Of a stretch of 64,000 nucleotides of DNA, positions 31,665 through 41,078 are shown in pieces. This DNA comes from Syntrophales bacterium (lineage in GTDB: Bacteria; Desulfobacterota; Syntrophia; Syntrophales; UBA2251). The position numbers were made by a program, and so were the translations under genes. Position 1 is the stretch's first letter. The number at the start of each line of letters is the position of its first letter. The notes beneath the pieces are model-generated. The model had not been told where the DNA came from and made no database searches. It saw nothing but the letters and a program-made list of their open reading frames with translations. The stretch spans positions 1,477-65,476 of the forward strand of contig DAOPOS010000011.1 of the NCBI GenBank assembly GCA_035358035.1. The letters run 5' to 3'.

Positions 31665-33206
31665 ATGAAGCTGTCGTTTACGAACATCAGGGAGATGGTG
31701 GAGATTCAGGCCCGCCGCTACGGGGACCGGATCGCCATCCGCTACTACGAACGGGACATCACCTATCGGGAGCTTGACGGGCGGAGCAACCGGGTGGCCA
31801 ACGGCCTTCTCAAGCTGGGGGTCCGGAAGGGCGACCGGGTCTGCATCCTGATGGACAACAGCCCGGAGTTCTATGAGGCCTATTTCGGCATCATCAAGAT
31901 CGGGGCGATCGCGGGTCCGGTCAACTGCTGGTGGCAGACCGGTGAGATCCAGTACCTGCTCAACGATTCCGGGGCGGTGGCCCTGTTTTGCGATCATGCC
32001 TACCGGGGGCACGTCGACAAGATCATCGACGGGACGCCGGCCCTGAAGCACGTCATCGAACGGGAGGCGACCGACGACCGGTTTCTGAAGTTCGAGGACC
32101 TGCAAAAGGAGGCGGCCGAGCTCACCCCCGTCGAGATCGCGCTCGACGACGTGGCGACGATCGTCTACACTTCGGGGACGACGGGCAACCCCAAGGGGGT
32201 GCTGCTCACCCACAGGAACATCCTGACAAACTCCTGGCAGGCGAGCCTGCTCGCCAACATCGACGAGAACGACGTCATCATGTGCTTCCTCCCCCTGTTC
32301 CACGTCAACGGCCTCGTCATCACCGGGACGTCTCCGCTGTCGAAGGGGTCCCAGATCATCCTGCGCCGGAACTTCTCGGCCTCCGAGTTCTGGGAGTGCG
32401 TCGCGAAGTACCGCGTCTCGATCTTCAGCGGCGTGCCGACGGTGTACCAGATTCTCCTGAACACGCCGGGGTTCGAGGGGGTGGACGTGTCTTCGCTGCG
32501 CTACGGCGTCTGCGGGGCGGCCCCCATGCCCGTGGAGACCATCCGGAAGTTCGAGGAGACCTTCAACATGATCATCATCGAGGGGTACGGGCTGACCGAG
32601 GGCACCGCCGGGGCGACGGCCAATCCCATCGACGGTGTCCGGAAGATCGGTTCCATCGGGATCCCCTTCGCGGAAAGCGAGATCCGGCTTCTCGACGAGC
32701 AGGACCGGGAGGTGCCCCAGGGGGAGGTCGGCGAAATCTGCGTCAAGGGCGACCACGTCATGAAGGGCTACTTCAACAAGCCGGAGGAGACGGCCCAGAC
32801 CCTGCGGGGCGGATGGCTCCACACGGGGGACATGGCCTACAAGGACGAGGAGGGGTACCTGTTCATCGTGGACCGGAAGAAGGAGATGATCATCCGGGGC
32901 GGCGAGAACATCTACCCCAAGGAACTGGAAGGCATCATCTTCCGCCACCCCCAGGTCATGGAGGTTGCGGTCGTCGGGGCGCCCGACCCGATCTACGGCG
33001 AGGAGGTGATGGCCTGCCTCGTGCTCCATCCGGGCCAGGCGCTGACGGAAGAGGCATTCAAAGCCTGGTGCCGGGAAAACATGGCCTCGTACAAGGTTCC
33101 GAAATACGTGGATATCCGGACGGCGCTGCCCAAGAACATCCTGGGCAAGATCCTCAAGAAGGAGCTGAAATCCGCGCTGAAGGCGGAGGGGAAGATCACC
33201 GCGTAA
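31665..33206 (+). CDS. AMP-forming acyl-CoA ligase
   Basis: YTSGTTGNPKGV, EGYGLTE and GWLHTGDMAYKDEEGYLFIVDRKKEMI motifs. Confidence 0.85.
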   Translation: MKLSFTNIREMVEIQARRYGDRIAIRYYERDITYRELDGRSNRVANGLLKLGVRKGDRVCILMDNSPEFYEAYFGIIKIGAIAGPVNCWWQTGEIQYLLNDSGAVALFCDHAYRGHVDKIIDGTPALKHVIEREATDDRFLKFEDLQKEAAELTPVEIALDDVATIVYTSGTTGNPKGVLLTHRNILTNSWQASLLANIDENDVIMCFLPLFHVNGLVITGTSPLSKGSQIILRRNFSASEFWECVAKYRVSIFSGVPTVYQILLNTPGFEGVDVSSLRYGVCGAAPMPVETIRKFEETFNMIIIEGYGLTEGTAGATANPIDGVRKIGSIGIPFAESEIRLLDEQDREVPQGEVGEICVKGDHVMKGYFNKPEETAQTLRGGWLHTGDMAYKDEEGYLFIVDRKKEMIIRGGENIYPKELEGIIFRHPQVMEVAVVGAPDPIYGEEVMACLVLHPGQALTEEAFKAWCRENMASYKVPKYVDIRTALPKNILGKILKKELKSALKAEGKITA

Positions 33207-33232
33207 TCCCGGCCCGGAAAATGAAGTCAGAA

Positions 33233-33263
33233 ACGCCCCCGCCTCACGGAGAGACGGGGGCGT
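33233..33263. terminator. hairpin between convergent genes (possible bidirectional terminator)
   Basis: ACGCCCCCG-N13-CGGGGGCGT with short flanking T/A stretches. Confidence 0.4.
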
Positions 33264-33330
33264 CTTTCATCCGGGCATCCCGGAAAGATTCCCCCTGCAT
33301 GTCCGGGATCAGGTGTTTCTCGAAGCGCCG

Positions 33331-35232
33331 TTATTTCTTCCCGTAGCCGATCTTCTGCGCGGCGTCGGTGATGCTCCCGAGGACGGAGGCGTCCTCGATG
33401 GTGGACGGGACATCGAAGTCCTCGCCGTTGGCGATCTTGCGCATGGTGCTCCGGAGGATCTTGCCGGACCGGGTTTTCGGGAGGGCCTTGACGACGACGC
33501 ACTGCTTGAAGCAGGCCACGGCGCCGATCTCGTCCCGGACCATCCGGACGAGCTCCTGCTCGATCTCCGCCGGGTCGCGGTCGCTGCCCGCCTTGAGAAC
33601 GACGAATCCCAGCGGCACTTCGCCCTTCAGCGTATCCTGGACGCCCAGGACGGCGCACTCCGCCACGTCCTTGTGCTTGGAGACGATCTCTTCCATGGCG
33701 CCGGTTGAGAGCCGGTGTCCCGCCACGTTGATGACATCGTCGATCCGCCCCATGATGAAGATGTAGCCGTCCTCGTCGTAATAGCCGCCGTCGCCCGTGA
33801 CGTAGCAGTCGGGGATCTTGTTGACGTATTCCAGGAACCGCTCGTCGTCCTTCCACAGGGTGGGCATGCAGCCGGGGGGCAGGGGCAGGCGGATGACGAC
33901 ATAGCCCTCCTGCCCGTTCGGGAGCTCCTCGCCGCGGAAATCCGTGATCTTCACGTTGTAGCCGGGCGCCGGCTTGGTGGGGGAGCCCGCCTTGATGGGG
34001 AAGGGCTCGACGCCCATGCAGTTGGCCGCAATGGCCCAGCCCGTTTCCGTCTGCCACCAGTGATCCACCACGGGGATCTTGAGCATGTCGCTCGCCCAGT
34101 GGTAGGTGTCCGGATCGAGGCGCTCACCGGCCAGGAAGAGGTAGCGGAGGGAACGGATATCGTACTTCTTCAGATAGGTTCCCTGCGGATCCTCCTTCTT
34201 GATGGCGCGGAAGGCCGTCGGGGCAGTGAAAAGGACGGAGACGCCGTGCTCGGAGATGACCCGCCAGAAGGCGCCGGGATCGGGGGTGCCGACGGGCTTC
34301 CCTTCATAGAGCACCGTGGTGCAGCCGGTCAACAGCGGTGCGTAGACGATATAGGAATGGCCGACCACCCAGCCCACGTCGGAGGCCGCCCAGTACACCT
34401 CGCCGGGCTTGATGTCGTAGATGTACTTCATCGACCACTTGAGGGCCACGGCATGGCCCCCGTTGTCCCGCATGACCCCCTTGGGACGGCCCGTGGTCCC
34501 GGAGGTGTAGAGGATGTACAGGGGATCCGTCGCGGCGACGGGGACGCAGGGAACCGCCTTGGCGTCGGCCATCACGGCGTCCCAGGCCAGATCGCGGCCG
34601 GGCGTCAGCTCCGCCGTCACCTGGGGGCGCTGATAGATGATGCATGTTTCGGGCTTGTGATCGGCGAGCTTGACGGCCTCGTCCAGGAGGGGCTTGTAGG
34701 GGATGGTCTTTTTCCCCTCGATGCCGCAGGAGGCGGTCACGATCAGCCTCGGCTTGGCGTCGTTGATGCGGATGGCCAGTTCGTTGGGGGCGAAGCCGCC
34801 GAAGACCACGGAATGGACGGCGCCGATGCGGGCGCAGGCCAGCATCGCCATGACGGCCTCCGGGATCATGGGCATGTAGATGATGACCGTATCGCCCTTG
34901 CGCACGCCCTGGGCGGTGAGGGCGCCGGCGAATCTGGCGACCTGATCCAGGAGCTCCCGATAGCTGATCTTCCGGACGGTTCCGGTGACGGGGCTGTCGT
35001 AGATGATGGCGGCCTGCTCACCGCGACCCGACTCCACCTGGTAATCCAGGGCGTTGAAGCAGGTGTTCAACTCCCCGCCGGCAAACCAGCGATAAAACGG
35101 CTTGTTGCTGTCGTCGAGCACCCGGTCCCACTTCTTCGTCCATTGGATCTCCTCCGCCGCCCGGCCCCAGAAAAGCTCCGGCTGGTGAATGGATTGTTCG
35201 TAAACCTCGGCATACCTCAACTGGCTGGACAT
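33331..35232 (-). CDS. prpE: propionate/acetate--CoA ligase (PrpE-like)
   Basis: ATG 35232 after GGAGGGA. FWGRAAEEIQW, RWFAGGELNTCFNALD, YTSGTTGRPKGV and INVAGHRLSTG motifs. Confidence 0.75.
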   Translation of the reverse strand: MSSQLRYAEVYEQSIHQPELFWGRAAEEIQWTKKWDRVLDDSNKPFYRWFAGGELNTCFNALDYQVESGRGEQAAIIYDSPVTGTVRKISYRELLDQVARFAGALTAQGVRKGDTVIIYMPMIPEAVMAMLACARIGAVHSVVFGGFAPNELAIRINDAKPRLIVTASCGIEGKKTIPYKPLLDEAVKLADHKPETCIIYQRPQVTAELTPGRDLAWDAVMADAKAVPCVPVAATDPLYILYTSGTTGRPKGVMRDNGGHAVALKWSMKYIYDIKPGEVYWAASDVGWVVGHSYIVYAPLLTGCTTVLYEGKPVGTPDPGAFWRVISEHGVSVLFTAPTAFRAIKKEDPQGTYLKKYDIRSLRYLFLAGERLDPDTYHWASDMLKIPVVDHWWQTETGWAIAANCMGVEPFPIKAGSPTKPAPGYNVKITDFRGEELPNGQEGYVVIRLPLPPGCMPTLWKDDERFLEYVNKIPDCYVTGDGGYYDEDGYIFIMGRIDDVINVAGHRLSTGAMEEIVSKHKDVAECAVLGVQDTLKGEVPLGFVVLKAGSDRDPAEIEQELVRMVRDEIGAVACFKQCVVVKALPKTRSGKILRSTMRKIANGEDFDVPSTIEDASVLGSITDAAQKIGYGKK

Positions 35233-35329
35233 ACGTTTCCCTCCCTGCAGTAATTTTCGGCGATCGAGGCGTCGCACTCCACCGCTCTATTCCATTCCGC
35301 GATTCAATCAAGTGATGGATACAGGAGGC

Positions 35330-35358
35330 CTCATATTCAGATCGCCGGTGAATGTCAA
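35330..35358 (-). promoter_or_regulatory. putative sigma-70 promoter of the prpE-like gene (TTGACA-N17-TATGAG)
   Basis: Minus strand reads TTGACATTCACCGGCGATCTGAATATGAG, about 100 nt upstream of ATG 35232. Confidence 0.4.
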
Positions 35359-35374
35359 GCAAAAAATCGAGATC

Positions 35375-38300
35375 CTAGGGTTGAACCGGGCCCGCCGGGG
35401 TTCTCTTGACGCCCAGTTTGTTCATCCGAAAGGCCAGCGTGGAGGGCGGAATGTCCAGAAGCTCCGCCGCACCGCCCTTCCCGCGGACTTTCCAGCCCGT
35501 TTTTTCCAGCGCCCAGAGGATATGGCGCCGTTCATTGTCGCGCAGGGTGACGACGCCCTTCCGGGGGCCGGTTTCCGGGTGCTGCATGGCGCCCAGTTCC
35601 GGAACCTTGAAGATCGGACCGGACGAGAGGATCGTGCCGCGCTCGATGATGTTTTCCAGCTCGCGGACGTTGCCGGGCCAGTCGTACTGGATGAGTTTCT
35701 CCATCTCCGCTTCGGTGATCCGGGAAAATTCCTTCCCCCGCTTCTGGGAGTAGATCCTGAGAAAATAGTATGCGAGCCGGGGGATGTCCTCTTTCCGCTC
35801 TCTCAGGGGAGGCACGTAGACGGGGAACACGGCCAGGCGGTAGTACAGGTCCGAACGAAACGTCTGGGCCTTGACCAGCCCTTCCAGGTTGCGGTTCGTG
35901 GCGACGATGAGGCGGAAGTCGGAACGCAGGGTTTCGCTTCCACCGACCCGCTCGAACTCCTTGGTCTGCAGGACCCTCAGCAGGCGGACCTGGATGTCCG
36001 GACTGATGTCGCCGATCTCGTCCAGGAACAGGGTCCCGCCGTCGGCCAGTTCGAACCGGCCCAGCCGACGCCGCATGGCCCCCGTGAAGGACCCCTTTTC
36101 ATGGCCGAACAGCTCGCTGGGGATCAGGCTCTCGGGGAGCGCGCTGCAATGGACCCGGATAAAGGGCTTGTCCCGCCGGGCGCTGTGGCGGTGGATGGCC
36201 CGGGCAACCAGTTCCTTGCCCACGCCGGTTTCTCCGACGATCATGACGGTGGCGTCCGTCTGGGCGACCTGCTCCACCTGGCTCAGGACATGTTTGATGC
36301 CGGAACTTTCGCCGACGATGTCCTCGAAGTGGAGGTTCTTCAGGTGCTCTTCCTTGTAGTACAGATTCTCCTCGGAGAGCTTGCGGTTCAGGCGCCTGAT
36401 TTCTTCATAGGCGCTGACGTTGTCCAGGGCGAAGGCCGCCCACGCCGCGAAGTAGGAGATGAGATCGAGGTCGGATTCCTTGAAGGCGCTGCTCAGAAGC
36501 CGGTTGTCGTGGTAGAGCACCCCCACGGTCTTGTCCCGCAGGATCATGGGGACGCAGATGCGGGAGCGGATGATTTCGCCGGCCGACAGGGCCTGGTTCT
36601 CCAGGTCCGACTCGAAGATTCTCCCCTGGCCGGTCGCGGCGACATCGTCGATCATCTTCATGGAGGAGGCGAAGCTCTCATGGCTGATCTGCTCCTGGGT
36701 CAGATTCTTGGAAGCCCGGAGGAGGAGTTTCCGGGGCGAACGCCCGTCTTCGAAAAGGAAGATGGCCCCCCGCTCCGCGCCGGTGATCCGGTTCAGGGTG
36801 GTGATGATGTGCTGGATCAGATCCTTGTTGTCGCGGATGGTGACCACTTCATGACCGAGCTTGATGATCTCCTTCAGGAGGCTTTCCCCCACCGGCCGGT
36901 TCTTGATCAGAACCCGCAGGTCGTCCGGAACCATCTCTTCGTTGAACGTGGCGAGGATCTTGCTCGTGATCTGCATCAGTTCCTGCGCCTTGCCCTCCTC
37001 CCCGCTGGCCAGGTATTGGCGGGCCAGCTCCAGGCGCGTCTTGGACAGTTCGATCTGGTGCCCCGCCTCGTCCAGCCACCGGACGGCATGGTTCAGAATG
37101 GGGATGATCTCCTTCGGGGGGGCGCCATCCATCTTCCGGACCAAGGCGAGGAACCGATAGGCCACCCCCTTGAGAAAGATGTTTTTCCCCTTGATCAGGA
37201 CGTTGACTTCCTTCTCGAGGGAAAGGCCGTCGATCTGGGGCAGCTTGCCCGTCTTCATGGCGAGGCACAGTTCCAGGAGGTACGGGTACAGGTAGACGGT
37301 GGCCTGGACTTTCTTGCTCTGCTGCAGGAAATCCCTGAGGTGCCGAACGGCCGGTTTCGTTTCGCCCCGGAGGTAGTAGAGGTAGGACAGGTTGATGTTG
37401 ATGGACATTCCGACCCAGTCGTTGTGGGACTTCTTCGCTTCCCGGCCCGAGGTTTCCAGAAAGGACAGGGCGTCTTCCCGCCGGCCGATGTCGAGCAGGA
37501 TGTTGCCGATGTTTCCCGCGGTATGGCAAGCCAGGTACAGATCCCCCCGCTCCAGGCAGTGGTTCCGGATGGCGTCCAGCATCCCCAGGCCCTGCGTCAC
37601 TTGGCCGATCTGGGCGTAGCAGTAGCCGATGGTGATGTTGGCCAGCAGATTGAAGCTCTCCCGGGGATAGTTTTCGATGTCGGAAACGGACTGTTCGTAG
37701 ATCTGGATGGCGTCCTTGAAGCGTCCCTGCCAGTACAGGAAAAAGGTTGAGAAATTCATGGCCGAGCGCATCAATCTCGGTTCGTTCAGTTCTTTGGCCA
37801 GGGCCCAGCCCTGATCGAACCACTGCATGGCGCTGTCGTAGCGGGAACGGAGCCACTCGTTCTTGGCCATGTGCATTTTGAGAATCGCCTGGGTGTCCTT
37901 CAGGTTGCGCTTTTCCGCCCTTTCCAGGGCCGCCTGCAGGATGGAGAGGACGTGGGCGGTGTCGTGGCGGGCGGTCGAAACCTTGGAATACTGGATGGCC
38001 GTGCGGGCAAACAGGCGGTCCTCATCCTCGCCGTACCGGGTCGCGAGGTCGTCGAGGACCTTGGTGTAGCACTGGAGGGCGTCTTCGGCCCGAAAGGCGT
38101 TCCGGTGAAGGTCGCCGGCGGCGGTCAGGTACTGGCACCGTTCCGTGTCGTTGACGATGTGGATGAGGTGATGGGCCAGGGCGTGGGCCTTCTGGTCATC
38201 GTCCGGCAACTGGCGCATCAGGGTGTCCGCGATGAAACCGTGCGCGATGGTCTCCTCCTGTTCGGAAAGGCGCTGCTTCCAGTCATCCTTTTTCCTGGGA

Positions 38301-38497
38301 TGCGAAAAGCGGTACTGACCGGGACCCTCCTGGCGCAGCACGCCCTCGCCGACGCCGTTGGCGAGCAGGGAAAGGATTTCGGAAGGTTTCTTGTCCGAAA
38401 AGAGATCCATCAGCCAGTCGATCGAAAAGGTCTCCTGAAAAAGCGCGGCCGTGGCCAACAAGCGCTGGTAATCGTTCTGCACGGGATCGGTTTCCAC
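35375..38497 (-). CDS. sigma-54-dependent transcriptional activator with long TPR-like N-terminal region, GAF domain, AAA+ domain and Fis-type HTH
   Basis: GETGVGKE Walker A; ELFGHEKGSFTGA (GAFTGA-type loop); C-terminal AAELLDIPPSTLAFRMNKLG. GTG start after AAGGAG. Confidence 0.85.
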   Translation of the reverse strand: METDPVQNDYQRLLATAALFQETFSIDWLMDLFSDKKPSEILSLLANGVGEGVLRQEGPGQYRFSHPRKKDDWKQRLSEQEETIAHGFIADTLMRQLPDDDQKAHALAHHLIHIVNDTERCQYLTAAGDLHRNAFRAEDALQCYTKVLDDLATRYGEDEDRLFARTAIQYSKVSTARHDTAHVLSILQAALERAEKRNLKDTQAILKMHMAKNEWLRSRYDSAMQWFDQGWALAKELNEPRLMRSAMNFSTFFLYWQGRFKDAIQIYEQSVSDIENYPRESFNLLANITIGYCYAQIGQVTQGLGMLDAIRNHCLERGDLYLACHTAGNIGNILLDIGRREDALSFLETSGREAKKSHNDWVGMSININLSYLYYLRGETKPAVRHLRDFLQQSKKVQATVYLYPYLLELCLAMKTGKLPQIDGLSLEKEVNVLIKGKNIFLKGVAYRFLALVRKMDGAPPKEIIPILNHAVRWLDEAGHQIELSKTRLELARQYLASGEEGKAQELMQITSKILATFNEEMVPDDLRVLIKNRPVGESLLKEIIKLGHEVVTIRDNKDLIQHIITTLNRITGAERGAIFLFEDGRSPRKLLLRASKNLTQEQISHESFASSMKMIDDVAATGQGRIFESDLENQALSAGEIIRSRICVPMILRDKTVGVLYHDNRLLSSAFKESDLDLISYFAAWAAFALDNVSAYEEIRRLNRKLSEENLYYKEEHLKNLHFEDIVGESSGIKHVLSQVEQVAQTDATVMIVGETGVGKELVARAIHRHSARRDKPFIRVHCSALPESLIPSELFGHEKGSFTGAMRRRLGRFELADGGTLFLDEIGDISPDIQVRLLRVLQTKEFERVGGSETLRSDFRLIVATNRNLEGLVKAQTFRSDLYYRLAVFPVYVPPLRERKEDIPRLAYYFLRIYSQKRGKEFSRITEAEMEKLIQYDWPGNVRELENIIERGTILSSGPIFKVPELGAMQHPETGPRKGVVTLRDNERRHILWALEKTGWKVRGKGGAAELLDIPPSTLAFRMNKLGVKRTPAGPVQP

Positions 38498-38692
38498 GTT
38501 TCCGGTCTCCTTTAACCCCTGAAAAACCTGCAGGCGCCGTTGCCGGCCGCGACGGACGGCAGCGCCCCGAACCTGATCCGAACGCTATCACAAGACGTGA
38601 ACTCAATCAAGGACCCTGCCCCGGATGGGTTCATCCGGCCGTCACGGGATTGCGGCGGGTCGGGGCGGGGGGGCGGAACCGAACGGCGGGGT

Positions 38693-38941
38693 TCAGTGTT
38701 CGAGCTTGACGAAATCCGGAATGTTCTCCAAACGGATCCCGTCCTGAACCTGCTCGAGAAAGGTTCTCCCTTCGCGGGTAATGTGGACGAGACCCTCCAG
38801 GTTGAGGATGACGCTGTACTTTGTCTGAAGGCGGTTCTGGCATGTATGGTTGAGAACGGCGGAGGCGTCCTGGTCCAGCACCCCGTCCACCTTCATGACG
38901 ATCGTGCGGTCATCGACGAACTTTTCCTTGATGTAGATCAT
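38693..38941 (-). CDS. small STAS-like protein (by-eye assignment)
   Basis: ATG 38941. 82 aa: MIYIKEKFVDDRTIVMKVDGVLDQDASAVL...SVILNLEGLVHITREGRTFL resembles an anti-sigma antagonist fold. Upstream of, and co-oriented with, the activator gene. Confidence 0.4.
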   Translation of the reverse strand: MIYIKEKFVDDRTIVMKVDGVLDQDASAVLNHTCQNRLQTKYSVILNLEGLVHITREGRTFLEQVQDGIRLENIPDFVKLEH

Positions 38942-39142
38942 GCTTCGACACCGTCGGCCTGAATTTGCCTGCTCAATACCTCGCAATTTACATGCCCGCG
39001 CCCGTAGTCACACCGATTGACGGGCGAAAACCGCGGGGGGAATGGCCCCCGGATCCATGGCGGTTCGGCCTCTCCGGGCCGTGGTCTTTTCCCGGGGGGC
39101 GCCCCCGGAACGACACCCTCGGCTGAAAGGGAGAGGCGTCCA

Positions 39143-39181
39143 TGCACAACATCCCGATGGCCGGAAACAGCATGTTGCGCA
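39143..39181. promoter_or_regulatory. candidate enhancer (UAS) inverted repeat TGCACAACAT-N19-ATGTTGCGCA
   Basis: 9 of 10 positions complementary. Ends 75 nt upstream of the sigma-54 promoter at 39257. The same half-sites recur at 46364-46401. Confidence 0.55.
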
Positions 39182-39256
39182 ATTGACCGGGGCCCCGGGG
39201 CGCCCGCGAGGGACAAGATATGGTGTTCATGAGTGAGAATGAGGGGTTGTGATGCT

Positions 39257-39272
39257 TGGCTTCAATTTTGCG
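39257..39272 (+). promoter_or_regulatory. sigma-54 promoter (TGGCTT-N5-TTGCG)
   Basis: GG at 39258-39259 and GC at 39270-39271 have canonical -24/-12 spacing. Upstream of the ABC/ligase operon. Confidence 0.65.
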
Positions 39273-39458
39273 TAGAAGGATAGATCCGGAAGGCAGGCCA
39301 ATCCCCCCATCAATAGCAGGTTGCCCGGGAGGGGTCCCGGTCTTTCGGGGCCGACCGCGGGCGCCTTGGCCGATCGGCCTTCATCATGCGGGGGGCAGGA
39401 TCAGCGGACGACTGTGCGTCAGGCGTCGACGTTTGCCGACGGGAGCCAGGGGGTTCAG

Positions 39459-40253
39459 ATGCTGAGGGTCACCAATCTCGAAACCACCTACAACGACATC
39501 ATTCTGGCCTTGAAGGGCATTTCCCTCGAGGTCCCGACGGGACGCATCGTTGCCCTCCTCGGCGCCAACGGCGCCGGCAAGACCACGACGATCAACACCG
39601 TCTCCGGGATCCGGAAAGCCATCGACCTTGAGATCGAGGACGGGAAGGTGGAGTTCGACGGCCGGGACATCGGCGCCCTCGAACCGCACGAGGTGGTCTC
39701 CCTGGGCATCTCACAGGTCCCGGAAGGACGTCGTATCTTTGCCGAACTGACGGTGGAAGAAAACATCCTTATTGGTTCCTATGGCCTGAAGGAGAGAAAA
39801 AACTTCATTCGCAACGAGGAGATGGTCTTTAACTATTTCCCGATTCTCAAGGAGCGGCGGCGGCAGCAGGCCGGCTATCTCAGCGGCGGGGAGCAGCAGA
39901 TGCTGGCCATCGCTCGGGCCCTCATCGCCGAGCCCCGGCTGATCATGCTGGACGAACCGTCCCTCGGGCTGGCGCCCCTGGTCGTGAGAGAAATATTCGA
40001 CATCCTCGGCCATATCAACCGGGAGCGGGGGGTGGCCATCCTGCTGGTGGAGCAGAACGCCAACGTGGCCCTGTCGATCGCCCACTATGGATACATTATG
40101 GAGACCGGCCGCATCGTGATGGAGGGGCCCAGTGACGTGCTTCGCGAAAATCGGGACATCAAGGAATTTTACCTGGGCCTGACGGATGTGGGCACCCAAA
40201 AAAGCTTCCGGGACGTCAAACATTACAAGAGACGGAAACGATGGCTGTCATGA
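39459..40253 (+). CDS. liv-type ABC transporter ATP-binding protein (LivF-like) with basic C-terminal tail
   Basis: Internal ATG 39459. GANGAGKTT, LSGGEQQML and LDEPSLGLAP motifs. Tail: GLTDVGTQKSFRDVKHYKRRKRWLS. Confidence 0.85.
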   Translation: MLRVTNLETTYNDIILALKGISLEVPTGRIVALLGANGAGKTTTINTVSGIRKAIDLEIEDGKVEFDGRDIGALEPHEVVSLGISQVPEGRRIFAELTVEENILIGSYGLKERKNFIRNEEMVFNYFPILKERRRQQAGYLSGGEQQMLAIARALIAEPRLIMLDEPSLGLAPLVVREIFDILGHINRERGVAILLVEQNANVALSIAHYGYIMETGRIVMEGPSDVLRENRDIKEFYLGLTDVGTQKSFRDVKHYKRRKRWLS

Positions 40254-41029
40254 ATCAGGAGGCTTCCCTTCAACTCGAGATCGCGGATCTGTCCATGAGT
40301 TTTGGCGGGATCCAGGCCATTCGAGGCGTCTCCTTTGGGGTCCAGCGGGGCGAGATCTATTCCATCATCGGACCGAACGGGGCCGGGAAGACCACCATCT
40401 TCAACTGTATCAGCGGGATTTACCGGGCCAAAACGGGCAGCATCCGCTTCGAAAACCGCGAACTGATCGGCCTCAAGCCGGACCGGATCGCGCAACTCGG
40501 CGTCTCCAGGGCGTTTCAGAACATCGCCCTGTTCAAGGGAATGACCGTTCTCGACAACCTGATGTCGGCGCGCGTCCACCTCATGAAGTACGGATTGCTC
40601 GGGGCCGCCGTTTACCTCGGCCGCTGTCTTCGGGAAGAGGTTCAGAACCGCGACGAAGTCGAAGACGTGATCGAGTTTCTCGATCTGCAGCCGGTGCGCA
40701 AATCGCCGGTCGGGAGCCTGTCGTACGGCCTGCAGAAGCGGGTGGAGCTGGCCCGGGCCCTGGCCATGAAGCCGAAGCTGATGCTGGTCGACGAACCCGT
40801 GAGCGGCATGAATCTCGAAGAACGCGAGGACATGGCGCGGTACATCATCGACATCAACGAGGAGAGGGACATCACGGTGATCCTCATCGAACATGACATG
40901 GGACTCGTCATGGACCTGTCCGATCGCGTGACGGTCCTGAATTTCGGCACCAAGATCGCTGAGGGCGCCCCGGGGGACGTCAGCAGGAATCCGGAGGTGG
41001 TCCAGGCGTACCTCGGGGAGGCGGGATGA
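40241..41029 (+). CDS. liv-type ABC transporter ATP-binding protein (LivG-like)
   Basis: GPNGAGKTT, and the LivG-type insertion before the signature YGLQKRVELARAL. 13-nt overlap with the upstream gene. Confidence 0.85.
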   Translation: MAVMNQEASLQLEIADLSMSFGGIQAIRGVSFGVQRGEIYSIIGPNGAGKTTIFNCISGIYRAKTGSIRFENRELIGLKPDRIAQLGVSRAFQNIALFKGMTVLDNLMSARVHLMKYGLLGAAVYLGRCLREEVQNRDEVEDVIEFLDLQPVRKSPVGSLSYGLQKRVELARALAMKPKLMLVDEPVSGMNLEEREDMARYIIDINEERDITVILIEHDMGLVMDLSDRVTVLNFGTKIAEGAPGDVSRNPEVVQAYLGEAG

Positions 41030-41078
41030 CATCGCGCGGCCCGATGCCTTGTCCCGACCGGTTGGGGGAAAGGGATTC

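Noticed and set aside
39256-39465. A 69-aa ORF in the P1 leader as a leader peptide.
   Set aside because: It has no RBS and starts upstream of the predicted transcription start. Its composition (Arg/Pro/Gly) is typical of non-coding high-GC frames.
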